From Armatimonadota bacterium (lineage in GTDB: Bacteria; Armatimonadota; UBA5829; DSUL01), in contig JBDHZC010000004.1 of the NCBI GenBank assembly GCA_039811685.1, positions 32,001 to 96,000 of the forward strand: a DNA stretch of 64,000 bases, in the 5' to 3' direction. Shown one piece after another: positions 10,023 to 19,727 of this stretch (positions are counted from its first letter, which is position 1; every line of letters starts with the position of its first letter). Made by a program: the position numbers and the translations under genes. The notes beneath the pieces are model-generated. The model searched no databases. It saw nothing but the letters and a program-made list of their open reading frames with translations, and was not told where the DNA came from.

Positions 10023-10814
10023 ATGTTGAACGGAATCTACCGCGCCGCGATGGGCATGCGCGGGGAACTGGACATTCAGGACACTCTGGCAAACAACATA
10101 GCAAACGCCGGAACTGTCGCCTTCAAGCGGCACATTCCCACGTTCGCGGATGTGATGGCCGGTGGGCCGCCTCCTACCGGTAGGCCTGCCACAGTGCCTC
10201 AAGCAGCGGCTGGTGTCTCCCTGCGTCCGGCGGGCGTCACTATCGTTGACAACAGAGCGTACGTGTCGCTATCGTACAATCGCGCGGAGGCGAACTTCGA
10301 CCCCGCACCCGGAGAGGTGCGCCACACCGGGCAGGACCTCGACATGGCGCTCACGGGCGACGGCTATTTCACACTCCAGACAGCGTCCGGGCAGCAGCTC
10401 TACACGCGCGCTGGCGACTTCGTTCTGGACGCGGATCAGGATCTGGCGACCAGTCAGGGTTACAAGGTTCTGGGCGAGCAGGGCGCAATCCATATCGGAC
10501 AGGGAGCGGTCAGCGTGTCCGCCGAAGGAGATGTGTCCGTGGACGGTGAAGTGCGCGGCCGCCTGCTGATTTCCGAGCTTTCAAACCTCGATCAGGCCGA
10601 AGAGCTTGACGGTGGAACCTTCCGCTCCCGCTCGGCTGTACCAGCCTCCGCAGTCTCAGTGCGCCAGGGATTTCTCGAGCAGTCCAATGTCAACGCAGTT
10701 GAGGAGATGGTCGCCATGATCGCGAGTCTGCGCGCCTACGAAGCCGCTCAACGCGCTGTAATGGCGGGAGACAGCCTGCTCGGCAAAGCAGTTAACGATG
10801 TAGGCCGCGTCTAG
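10023..10814 (+). CDS. Flagellar basal-body rod protein (FlgF/FlgG family)
   Basis: ANNIANAGT, TGQDLDMALTGDGYF, YTRAGDF, QGFLEQSNVNAVEEM; FlgF versus FlgG not resolved. Confidence 0.9.
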   Translation: MLNGIYRAAMGMRGELDIQDTLANNIANAGTVAFKRHIPTFADVMAGGPPPTGRPATVPQAAAGVSLRPAGVTIVDNRAYVSLSYNRAEANFDPAPGEVRHTGQDLDMALTGDGYFTLQTASGQQLYTRAGDFVLDADQDLATSQGYKVLGEQGAIHIGQGAVSVSAEGDVSVDGEVRGRLLISELSNLDQAEELDGGTFRSRSAVPASAVSVRQGFLEQSNVNAVEEMVAMIASLRAYEAAQRAVMAGDSLLGKAVNDVGRV

Positions 10815-10883
10815 GCTGAGTTCCTGGCCAACCAACTGCCGCAGCGTCTCGTTAACGCCTCACTCCAAGCCTTCGGCTGACTC

Positions 10884-11945
10884 TCAGCGTTTCCTGGGCC
10901 GAGCTTTTTTTGCGGGTTTCGGCTGGACTGCATAGGGTGAGCAAAGCGGGTCCCCAATCACCACATCTTTCCAGCACAGAAACGGGCTGGCCATATAGAA
11001 GCTCTCGGCGAGATTGAAGCCGCGCGTGTAGCGGTCGAAAAGAATCTGAGCTCGAGCCATAGATGTGCCGTAGGGCTCCGTCACGTAGCCCTTTACCCCA
11101 GTGATACCGTCCGCTATCAGGTCGCCGATCTGAGACTGTCCGTGGTTCTCTTTCGTGAAAGTGCGTGCGCTTGTTGACACAATAGTCTCAGCGATCGCTC
11201 CGGGGAGAAACGTATTTGAGTGGTAGCTTCTTGCGTTGAAATGAGCATCGTTTGATCCCCACGAGTAGTACCCCATCAGATTCTTGTATCCGCCGACAAA
11301 ATTCTCACTTGAGTCCAGCTTGTAGGGCACTTCGCGCTCCAGCAGCCGAAGAGCCGCTGTGCGCATATCCTGGTTCAGCTCCACATATCCGGGCAGCTTG
11401 TCCTTAGCAGGGTCAATGTCAAGCAGAATTGTGCCGCGCTTACCCGCTGACTGTAAAGAGCGAGTTACCAGCGCCCTGGCATCCGCCAGGGTGTAGCCGT
11501 CCAGCCGGGTCACCAGGAAGAATTTAAAGTCCTTGCTGCGAAACCTCTGCGCGCGCCCAAAATAGGGGTTGTTCATCTGCGTTTCGTACCCGTACGGCAA
11601 CATAGTCAGCATACTGTCAACGGAGAAGCCGCGGTTGTCGTAGAGCGGTACACCTTTGGTGGTCACGATAAAATCCAGATTTGGCAGCCCATGCTTCTGA
11701 ATGTAGTGCTTGATCGGGTTGCGGATTTTGCTGTGAAAGTCCTCCAGGCTTACCTTCTCACCAGGATTGACACTGATGTGGCAGATAAAGCTCGCCGGAA
11801 CTCCTCTCTTGGACGCATAATACTGTCCAAGAGCTCTGGACGTTGGACTGCGGTCGTTGACGATGACCAGAACGCGATCCGTTCCGCCGAAGGCGCGGGC
11901 GCACAGAGATGTCAAAAGCAAGAACAAGCACAGCCGGATCTTCAT
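10884..11945 (-). CDS. TIGR03790-like secreted protein (exosortase-associated family)
   Basis: Signal peptide; YYASKRGVP, LVTRLDG, YYSWG, FLPGAIA...STSA, GITGVKGYVTEPY, GFNLAESFY, GDPL. Confidence 0.8.
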   Translation of the reverse strand: MKIRLCLFLLLTSLCARAFGGTDRVLVIVNDRSPTSRALGQYYASKRGVPASFICHISVNPGEKVSLEDFHSKIRNPIKHYIQKHGLPNLDFIVTTKGVPLYDNRGFSVDSMLTMLPYGYETQMNNPYFGRAQRFRSKDFKFFLVTRLDGYTLADARALVTRSLQSAGKRGTILLDIDPAKDKLPGYVELNQDMRTAALRLLEREVPYKLDSSENFVGGYKNLMGYYSWGSNDAHFNARSYHSNTFLPGAIAETIVSTSARTFTKENHGQSQIGDLIADGITGVKGYVTEPYGTSMARAQILFDRYTRGFNLAESFYMASPFLCWKDVVIGDPLCSPYAVQPKPAKKARPRKR

Positions 11946-12113
11946 AGTATTCGGTTATACCACTTTGTGTGGGCAATCGTTCCAGGTGAGCGCAGGGCGT
12001 CCAGTGGGTTTGAGACATCCTGTCAGCGAGAGAGAAGGATAGGTAAACTCTATTCTCTTTCTCCCGGACGTAAGGTCAGATAAGCCTGCAGGCCGAGAAT
12101 TTGAGGCGTAAAC

Positions 12114-13379
12114 ATGAAAACAACAAAGGGACCGAAAGAGTTGGTCGTCGGCGTATTTGGCCGGAGGATGACCGGTAAGACGAACCTGATGGCCTCACTG
12201 GGCGCAGATGTGAATGGGGCTGGTGAGCCTGGCGCTGCGGAGGAGGCTGTCGTCCGGGTCAAAGGCCTGGGGCCGGTGCGTCTGATAAAGCCGCTGGGAC
12301 TTGACGACGAGCGCGCCTTGGGCATTAAGTCAACGCAGTCACGAGACCTGCTCTCTCGCCTTGACGCCGCCATCCTTGTGATCGACGCCTCACTTGGCTG
12401 GTCAGACTATGAGCGTTTCCTGCTCTCCAAGATTCGCTTCTCTGAGAATCCGGAAGTTGTCGTAATAAACCGCTGTGCCGACGAAAGCTGTGACGATCTG
12501 GAGCGCAAGCTCAGACAATTTGGATCGCGCGTGGTCCATATGGATTTGGACAAAGTTGCAGATCCAGCGCCGCTGATAACGGCGCTGATTGCTGAACTGC
12601 ATCTCCACAAGGATCTGCCAAACTTGCTGGACGGGCTGGTGAAAGAGGGAGAATCTGTCTGGCTGGTTGTTCCTAGTGGCCGCAAGAACTACCATCATCA
12701 GATTGAGCCGCACGAGTACCATCTCAAACTGGATGCGCAGAAGCTAGCAGCGAGTCTGGATGTAGTCCTGGAGGCAGACTTTGCTTCTGCGTGGGAGAAA
12801 GCGTCCTCGCCTCCTCGCCTCGTAATCTGTGACCACGAAGTGCTGGACCACGTGCAGCGGCTGGTTCCACGCAATCTGCCTCTGACCACGCTGGATATAC
12901 TCACAGATCGTCAGCGCGGTGAACTGGCGACCTTCGTCCAGGGTGCAGAGACGATCAAGAGTCTCAAAGCGGGAGACAGAATCCTGATCACCTCCTCGAG
13001 CGATCTTGAGATTCAACCGGACGATCATTCGCGCAACGAGATGCCCAGTTTGCTGCGGACGTGGGTTCGGGGAGATCTTGAGTTCAGTCTGGCGTCCGGC
13101 GAAGGTTTGGAATCGGGACTGGACGGCGTCGATCTGGCGGTTCGCTGCGAGCCGACAACGCATGACAGGGCAGACGGTCTTAGCGATGTCGAAGTAGCTC
13201 GCCGCAAGAACGTTCCCATCACGTCGTACGGCGTCGCGTTTGCGTATGTTCATGGTGTGCTGACGCGCCTGGTGAAACCTTTTGTCAGCCTTGGTGAGTT
13301 CTCAGCGCCCGACGTCGATCTGACTCGCGCCCTGCCACTGGTACTGCACGATGAATACTCGAGCATGGCGTCAATGTAG
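12114..13379 (+). CDS. Degenerate HydF-like GTPase-family protein
   Basis: Collinear with HydF (GVFGRR..GKT, GLGPVRLI..LGLDD, LKAGDRILI, PITSYGVAFAYVHGVLTRLVKPF) but key motifs are substituted. Confidence 0.8.
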   Translation: MKTTKGPKELVVGVFGRRMTGKTNLMASLGADVNGAGEPGAAEEAVVRVKGLGPVRLIKPLGLDDERALGIKSTQSRDLLSRLDAAILVIDASLGWSDYERFLLSKIRFSENPEVVVINRCADESCDDLERKLRQFGSRVVHMDLDKVADPAPLITALIAELHLHKDLPNLLDGLVKEGESVWLVVPSGRKNYHHQIEPHEYHLKLDAQKLAASLDVVLEADFASAWEKASSPPRLVICDHEVLDHVQRLVPRNLPLTTLDILTDRQRGELATFVQGAETIKSLKAGDRILITSSSDLEIQPDDHSRNEMPSLLRTWVRGDLEFSLASGEGLESGLDGVDLAVRCEPTTHDRADGLSDVEVARRKNVPITSYGVAFAYVHGVLTRLVKPFVSLGEFSAPDVDLTRALPLVLHDEYSSMASM

Positions 13380-13406
13380 GAGCACGGGGTTGCAGGCTTC
13401 AGGAGA

Positions 13407-14018
13407 GTGTCAATGATTTTCCCAATCGGCTTGGTCTTATTTGCCATAGCAGCTCTCAATTACCCGGTAATGGGCAGCGCTCCGGCGCCGCGGCAAACCA
13501 CTGAAGGAACCAGACAGGCTGTAGTGAGCTTGCGGGAAGCGGGGTGGGATGGCAGGGAGCCGGCAGTTGTGGTGGATATAGCCCGCCAACGGCTCCTGCT
13601 CTTTGAAAAGGGCGCAGTCTCCCACGCGTGGCAGGTGTCAACGTCGAAGTATGGCGTTGGTTATGTCCCGGGTTCTTACAAGACGCCTGTTGGGTTGCAT
13701 CGAATCTGGAGGAAGGCGGGCGCGGCTGCGAAGCTGGGCCAACCGCTGAAGAACGGCGAGCCTACAGATGCTCCTGTCGCGGAAGAAGGACAGAAAAAGA
13801 AAGTATTCATCAGCACCCGCGCTCTGATGCTGGACGGGCTGGAGAAGGACAACCAGACCAGCAAGTCTCGGGGCATCTGGATCCACGGGACGACGGCCGA
13901 GGAGAAGATAGGTCAGCCAGCCTCAATCGGGTGTGTGCGGATGCGCAACGTGGACGTCATCCAGCTGTTTGACTTCGTGCGCGAAGGTACGCTCGTTTAT
14001 ATAACCGATCGCCGCTGA
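13407..14018 (+). CDS. L,D-transpeptidase (YkuD domain)
   Basis: Signal/TM segment; VSTS, KTPVG, GIWIHGT...GQPASIGCVRM catalytic motif. Confidence 0.9.
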   Translation: MSMIFPIGLVLFAIAALNYPVMGSAPAPRQTTEGTRQAVVSLREAGWDGREPAVVVDIARQRLLLFEKGAVSHAWQVSTSKYGVGYVPGSYKTPVGLHRIWRKAGAAAKLGQPLKNGEPTDAPVAEEGQKKKVFISTRALMLDGLEKDNQTSKSRGIWIHGTTAEEKIGQPASIGCVRMRNVDVIQLFDFVREGTLVYITDRR

Positions 14019-14082
14019 GCAGTCGGGGACAGCGCTGGCTGCCTGGCTCGCGTGCGCCGTATGCCATTTATCCGTTTTGGCT

Positions 14083-14661
14083 TCATGTCTGCGGCGCTGC
14101 CGTCTGCGCATACGTCCAGTCCAAGAGCGCCTCTATCTCAGCGGCCTGCGCTATCTCAAGTGCCCGCACCTCTTGAACGTGAGTGAGTGTCGCGCGCTCG
14201 CAAAGGGCTACAAATCGCTCGGGAATCCAGCGCGCCCACTCCTCCACGGTCTTCGCCAGAATCTGAGACTCAGAGTTCGAGTCCCTCCGCAGTTTCTCAA
14301 CGACGTGGCGATGCACGGTGGCAAACGCGGGGTGATCGCCGGTCCTGCGGAACCAGTAGAGACTGTTGCCGTAGTCTGGTTCCCGGCGGTGCATAATCCC
14401 GTGCCAGTAGCTGCCGGTTGAGTTAGAGATGCCCTGACTCACCCGGTGTGACTCCTCCAGACAATCGGCCCAAAGAAGCAGCCCGGCAACTGTGGCTTCC
14501 GCAAATTCTGGACACGGATCCCGGACGTCAAAGAGATCGGCCGCCGGTATCTCAGTCACCCGTACGCAGAACTCCTCATCTGGTGAGTAAGGCGGCCGGA
14601 TTCGTGGCAGGGCGCGTCCGGCTAAGACACTCTTGAGTTCCTGGAACACTTCTGCTGACAT
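14083..14661 (-). CDS. Conserved hypothetical helical protein
   Basis: SHRVSQ...SYWHGIMHRREPDYGNSLYWFRR motif; lies in the operon with the MFS gene. Confidence 0.7.
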   Translation of the reverse strand: MSAEVFQELKSVLAGRALPRIRPPYSPDEEFCVRVTEIPAADLFDVRDPCPEFAEATVAGLLLWADCLEESHRVSQGISNSTGSYWHGIMHRREPDYGNSLYWFRRTGDHPAFATVHRHVVEKLRRDSNSESQILAKTVEEWARWIPERFVALCERATLTHVQEVRALEIAQAAEIEALLDWTYAQTAAPQT

Positions 14662-14670
14662 CTGATTCTC

Positions 14671-15879
14671 CTAAATGTCACCAACAGGGCGTCTCGCTCG
14701 CTTCTCCAGGGTGGGGGCTATCAGAACTATCAACGTGACAACCACAAAAAGAAGCGGGTTCACCATAAATGCCGTGGCCAGTCCCGCTCCGGGATGTGCG
14801 GCCACCTCGCCCACAATCCAGGGGCCAATGGCGGCGCCGGCTGCCCCTGCGCCAACAATCCACGGCAGAGTCACTGTCAGCCGGGCATTGTACACGTGGC
14901 CCGCATAGCTGACGATGGTCGGCCAGATGCAGGCAAAAGTCAAGCCCACGATACCCACCATCGCTAACGCTGTCTCCGCTGAGCGCAAACGCGAGAACAC
15001 CAGCATTGAGCACACGCCCAGAATCGAGGATACTCGCAGGAGTGTCACGTCTTTCACGTAGCGGCCAGACAGACCAGCTCCGATACGCCCAATCACGGCG
15101 CCGGACCAGAAGGCTGCGTTGGACGCTGCCGCCAGGCCTACGGGCGCGCTCAGGACCTTAGTGAAGTGAATTGGCAGCCAGAAGCAGATGGCGGTTTCTG
15201 TCGCCACGTAGCAGAACATAGCCACAATCAGAGCCAAGGAGAACGGGTCAATGGCGCGTCCGGCGACCACATGCGCCGCCTCTGGTTCGCCCAGGCGGTG
15301 GGTGCCGGTTCCGAGAATACCCAGCGCGCTCAGAAGACCAATCACTGCTGCAATCCAGTAGCCAATACGCCAGTCCATGCGCGCCCTGAGGATGATAGCC
15401 ATCGCGATCGGTACGCCAATCGCGGCCAGAGCGAACGCCACATGAGCGTAGTTCATTACAGCGGTCCGGGCCGGACCTCGAAAAAGCTGCCCGAGTAGCG
15501 CGTTTGCCGTGGATTCAATCAATCCCGCTGTCAGTCCCAGTACACAGACTCCGACGCAGAGCATGGCGAAGCTGTGGCTGTTGGCCAGAATTACGCTGCC
15601 TGCAAGCAGTCCCCAGCAGCCGGCCACCACCAGCCGGCCTTTGGCCATAAACAGCGACAAGTAGCCACCAAGCGCGACAGTGAGGACGAGCGGAAAAAAT
15701 GTGAAAGCGCTCAGCCGGCCGATCTGTCCCGCGCTCAGCTTCATTTCTCGCGCGATCTCTACGAGCGCGGGCGGCGTAACGGACAGACACGTCGAGAACG
15801 CGAACAACCCCACACCGACAGCTACCGCGGCAGCCACGGGTGAGGTGGAACGCAACTGGCCAGTAGAGGTTTGAATCAA
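14671..15879 (-). CDS. MFS transporter (FucP/TsgA-like)
   Basis: About 12 hydrophobic helices; FWSG..IGR and ACIWPTI motifs; 4-bp overlap with the upstream gene. Confidence 0.88.
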   Translation of the reverse strand: MIQTSTGQLRSTSPVAAAVAVGVGLFAFSTCLSVTPPALVEIAREMKLSAGQIGRLSAFTFFPLVLTVALGGYLSLFMAKGRLVVAGCWGLLAGSVILANSHSFAMLCVGVCVLGLTAGLIESTANALLGQLFRGPARTAVMNYAHVAFALAAIGVPIAMAIILRARMDWRIGYWIAAVIGLLSALGILGTGTHRLGEPEAAHVVAGRAIDPFSLALIVAMFCYVATETAICFWLPIHFTKVLSAPVGLAAASNAAFWSGAVIGRIGAGLSGRYVKDVTLLRVSSILGVCSMLVFSRLRSAETALAMVGIVGLTFACIWPTIVSYAGHVYNARLTVTLPWIVGAGAAGAAIGPWIVGEVAAHPGAGLATAFMVNPLLFVVVTLIVLIAPTLEKRARRPVGDI

Positions 15880-18035
15880 CGCACGGCCACAGCGGTTATG
15901 TTGCCATCAAAGGACGTCACATAGGCGTTGTCGCCATCACAGGAAACCGATGACATCACAAAGAGCTGAGGCGATGCCTGGTACTGCCAGAGTATCTTTC
16001 CAGAGGTTGCGTCGATGGCCGACACCATCCCTCGCGCGCTGCAGACAAAGACCTTGCCGTCTTTCTCAACGGGGGCAGTGGGGATAGCGCCGAGTCCTGC
16101 GTCAGTACTCCAGATGAGATGTCCCTGGGTGTCAATCTTGTTGAGCTGCCCCTTCAGCATCCGCATATACACGTACCGGCCGTCTTCCGATACTCCAGTC
16201 GCCGCAACCCCTTCCTGCGAGCCGATATTCTCCCCGGAAACAGCATCCAGAATCGTCATCCAGTAGTTGCGGTCTGCGATGTAAACCTTTCCACCAGCGA
16301 CCACCGGCATCGCGTCGCCCGGAGAGTAGTAACGTTTCGCTGCCTTCGCCACATTGACGCCTTCGCTGGTCGTTTTCCACAACAGCTTGCCAGTGGAGGC
16401 GTCCACACAGCGCACGTACTGATCCCACGCGCCGAAGTACACACGTCCGTCTTTCACAAAGGGCGTAGATTCTATTGAATACTCAGGGTCTTCGTTCTTC
16501 CATGTTAGCCGTCCGGTCGCTGCGTCCACGGCGTAGAGCCTGCCGTCATTGCACCCGAAGATGACCTTCCCATCCCACCAGACCGGGGAAGAATAGACAG
16601 AGTCGGGCGCAGTGTATGTCCACAGCTTCTTCCCACGGGAATCGTAGGCGCTGACGTCGCCGTTGCCATTTGCGCAGTAGATAGTGTCCTTATGAACCAG
16701 AGGGCTCGCGATCACCTCGGCGCTTGTGTTTACACTCCAGATTAGCTTGCCGTCTCTTGCCTTTAGAGCGCTCAGTTTGCCGGCGTTATCTCCCACGTAA
16801 ACGCGGTCGCCGGCGATGGTGGGTGTGTTTTTGCTTGCAGCCGCCAGATAATGCCGCCATCTTCGTGTCCCTGGTGAGCCCTTTGGACCTGAGCTTTTCG
16901 TAAACGCTGCACTTCGGCTGAACTCCTCTTTGTCCGCTTTGAACGTCACGCGGACGTAGTGAGCGCCGGGCAGCAGCTTATCTACTGGGACGAGGCCGAC
17001 TGCCGCATTGCCGGACAGCTTCAGATCCCCATTGAAATCATCGTCTATCGTGTAGAGAGCCTCCGTCAGGACAGGCGCGCCCTTAACGCGCGCTTCAATC
17101 CTGAGCTGCGGAGCCGCAGCTTTATTTCTGGACGCGCTGACCTCGTCGACTTTCAGGTCTATTGTTGGGTAGCTCGACCTGTCTGCCAGCTTCTTCTCCA
17201 GCACTTTCTCCAATGGGGCGTTTTGCCCCGATTTTTGATAAGCTGCCCGAAGCACACCGTCCTTAACTGAGACAAACATCAGTCCGGCGTTTGGCCCAAA
17301 AGTGCTGCCGCCGATGATCTCATTCAGTCCTGCTGGTGTTTCGGCCCGGAAGTTGTGATAATGACCGGTCAACACAAGAGCTACGTTGTACGGACGCAGT
17401 AGATCGACTACTCTGTACCAATCGTACCGGCTGGCAAACTCTGTGCCTTCAAGCGGGTGGTGAAAAAAGATGAAAACAGGCGTTTCTTTCGAAACCTTCC
17501 TGAGGTCATTTCGGAGCCAGACGATCTGTTCTTCGCCAAAGGATGGCCGGGGATCCTGAATGGTCGGCGAGTTCAGAGAAATGAAGTGGCAGCCGTCCCG
17601 ATTGAACGAATAGTAAGCGCCCAGTCCCGTATCCCGCAGATTTTTCAGCTGCGCATGCCATGTATTGTCGTGGTTGCCCGGGCTGCTGTAGACAGTCAGC
17701 CCGCTGTCCTTCCAATAGGACAGATACTCCGTCCACCAGCCGTTTCCGCCCCCAAACTCTGTGCAGTCGCCAGTGACGATGGCGAATGTCGGCCTGAGGA
17801 CTCTAATCCCGTAGGCCTGCAGGTCAACTTCCGGTCCGAGGTCTTTGATCTGTCCAATGATCTGCCTGGACTGCTCCATTGGCGTATGGACATCCGAAGC
17901 CTGAATGAAGGTGAAGTCAGGCGCCCCTGGAGCGCTTTGGGCAGGAGCCATGCAGACTCCAAGCGCGAAAACTGAGGCAGCGGTAATAGCAAGTCGGCGG
18001 TATCTCTGAATCATTAGGGTCCTCGAAATAGCCAT
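15876..18035 (-). CDS. Secreted metallophosphoesterase fused to PQQ-like/BamB beta-propeller repeats
   Basis: SDVH, TGD, GNHD, HHP, GHYH metallophosphoesterase motifs; C-terminal A.DA.TG...W repeats; start uncertain (18035 or 18014). Confidence 0.88.
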   Translation of the reverse strand: MAISRTLMIQRYRRLAITAASVFALGVCMAPAQSAPGAPDFTFIQASDVHTPMEQSRQIIGQIKDLGPEVDLQAYGIRVLRPTFAIVTGDCTEFGGGNGWWTEYLSYWKDSGLTVYSSPGNHDNTWHAQLKNLRDTGLGAYYSFNRDGCHFISLNSPTIQDPRPSFGEEQIVWLRNDLRKVSKETPVFIFFHHPLEGTEFASRYDWYRVVDLLRPYNVALVLTGHYHNFRAETPAGLNEIIGGSTFGPNAGLMFVSVKDGVLRAAYQKSGQNAPLEKVLEKKLADRSSYPTIDLKVDEVSASRNKAAAPQLRIEARVKGAPVLTEALYTIDDDFNGDLKLSGNAAVGLVPVDKLLPGAHYVRVTFKADKEEFSRSAAFTKSSGPKGSPGTRRWRHYLAAASKNTPTIAGDRVYVGDNAGKLSALKARDGKLIWSVNTSAEVIASPLVHKDTIYCANGNGDVSAYDSRGKKLWTYTAPDSVYSSPVWWDGKVIFGCNDGRLYAVDAATGRLTWKNEDPEYSIESTPFVKDGRVYFGAWDQYVRCVDASTGKLLWKTTSEGVNVAKAAKRYYSPGDAMPVVAGGKVYIADRNYWMTILDAVSGENIGSQEGVAATGVSEDGRYVYMRMLKGQLNKIDTQGHLIWSTDAGLGAIPTAPVEKDGKVFVCSARGMVSAIDATSGKILWQYQASPQLFVMSSVSCDGDNAYVTSFDGNITAVAVR

Positions 18036-18216
18036 TGTCTGAGTTTCTGGCCTGTCACAGTATACATTACGCGAAATCGTTTCCCCTGCTGGTCTCTCGT
18101 CACACAAATGCCACTGTTCCCCAAACCAGCCCGATAGCGAAAGCGTCGTCGCGTTGACGGGGGTCTCAGCGCGCAGTACAATGCAGCCGGTTAGTGACAA
18201 ACAGGAAGGATAACAA

Positions 18217-18936
18217 ATGGATCAGGCCCTACGTGATCTCTGGGCGCTTCAGTTGGCGGATAGCCGCATTGACGAATTTGAGAAGATGCTGGCGAAGCTG
18301 GACACAGGCGCAGCGGCGGCCAGAGAGCACGAACGCTCCAAGGCTGCGTACGATCAGGCGGCGGCGGCGCTTCACGCTGTTGAGTCCGAGTTGAAGGATG
18401 TCGATCTGAATATGAAGTCGACAGAGCAGAAGCGAAAAGATCAGGAAACGCGCCTGTATTCCGGAAAGGTGACAGCGGCCAGGGAGCTGGATGCCCTGCA
18501 GACTGAAGTGGAGATGCTGGCGCGCAATCGCGACAAGCTGGAAACGCGCGAGCTTGAGCTCATGGATGCACAGGTGGCAGCTCGTGAAGCCGTCGCTGTA
18601 GCGCAGAAAGACCTCAGCGAAAAGCAACTCGCACTGGATGCGGCACTGGCGAGCTCTTCCAGTGCCCGCGAAGAGATCGAAAAGAGTCTCCGTGCCGCGA
18701 GGCAGGACCGCGAACCGCACGAAAGCGCTCTCCAACAGAGCAACCCAATGCTGTTGAGAAAGTATCAGAGTCTGCGACCCAAGCTGCAGAATCAGGCAGT
18801 GGCCACTATCACGGGGAACAGCTGCTCTGTATGCCACGTCCATCTGCCGAGCCACATGATTCGGGAGGCGCGCGCGGGGGACGACGTTGTCATGTGTGAG
18901 TCATGTGGGCGCATGTTGGTCGTGGTCGAAGACTGA
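18217..18936 (+). CDS. Coiled-coil plus C4 zinc-ribbon protein (DUF164 / HP0958-like)
   Basis: L..LQ..D..I N-terminus, long coiled coil, CSVCH...CESCGRML. Confidence 0.88.
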   Translation: MDQALRDLWALQLADSRIDEFEKMLAKLDTGAAAAREHERSKAAYDQAAAALHAVESELKDVDLNMKSTEQKRKDQETRLYSGKVTAARELDALQTEVEMLARNRDKLETRELELMDAQVAAREAVAVAQKDLSEKQLALDAALASSSSAREEIEKSLRAARQDREPHESALQQSNPMLLRKYQSLRPKLQNQAVATITGNSCSVCHVHLPSHMIREARAGDDVVMCESCGRMLVVVED

Positions 18937-19022
18937 TTGACCTTCAGCCGCACTCAGGACCCTCTCCGATTGCCCGGAATAAAGGGTTTTTGGTGGATTG
19001 GAGGTTTTTGTTCGGTTGGTAA

Positions 19023-19048
19023 CAACTCTGGTCGCACTTCCGCCGTCT
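19023..19048 (+). promoter_or_regulatory. Candidate ECF-sigma autoregulatory promoter
   Basis: CAAC-N17-CGTCT upstream of the ECF sigma gene, matching the generic AAC/CGT ECF pattern. Confidence 0.4.
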
Positions 19049-19096
19049 TATCTAGTGTGGAGGAGGGGTGAAAATGAACCCCTGGTCATGTGAACT

Positions 19097-19678
19097 ATGG
19101 CAAATGCGACAGTCTATAACCCTGCGGGAGCGCGAGTGGCGGAAGACCCTGACCATGCGCTGGTAGCGCGGTTTCAGGCCGGCGACGACGCGGCGTTCGA
19201 CAGTCTGGTGGGGCGGCATGAGGAGTTCGTGCACAATGTTTGCGTTGGCATACTCAACAGCGCGGATGATGCGGACGACGCTCTACAGGAGACGTTTCTC
19301 GCTGCGTACCGGGCACTGAAGAAGTTTCGGGGGGACTCCAAAGTCTCGACCTGGCTTTACCGCATTGCGGTGCGCGAATGTCTGGATATCTCCCGAAGGC
19401 GCAAGCGCACAACCAGTTTTGAAGAGATTGTCATAGAGCCGTCCGTCGACGATGGATCGGACGATCGCGCCAGCCAGACGATCGTGAGACAGTCTCTGGC
19501 CAAACTCCCTCCACACTACCGCAGCGCCCTTGTCCTAAGATACTACGGAGGGCTTTCCTACGAGGAAATAGCCCTGGCCATGGGTAGCACGGCGGGACGT
19601 GTCAAGATGATGCTTCATCGGGCTCGGCGCTCTTTTCAGGGTGTCTGGAGCTCGCAGGCGGATAGTGTTGAGGACTGA
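19097..19678 (+). CDS. ECF RNA polymerase sigma factor
   Basis: DADDALQETF, FRGDSKVSTWLYRIA, LSYEEIA...GRVKMMLHRAR. Confidence 0.93.
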   Translation: MANATVYNPAGARVAEDPDHALVARFQAGDDAAFDSLVGRHEEFVHNVCVGILNSADDADDALQETFLAAYRALKKFRGDSKVSTWLYRIAVRECLDISRRRKRTTSFEEIVIEPSVDDGSDDRASQTIVRQSLAKLPPHYRSALVLRYYGGLSYEEIALAMGSTAGRVKMMLHRARRSFQGVWSSQADSVED

Positions 19679-19727
19679 CAAGAGGTTCTTGGAATAACTG
19701 CATGACAGGCAGTATTGCGCAAGTGCG

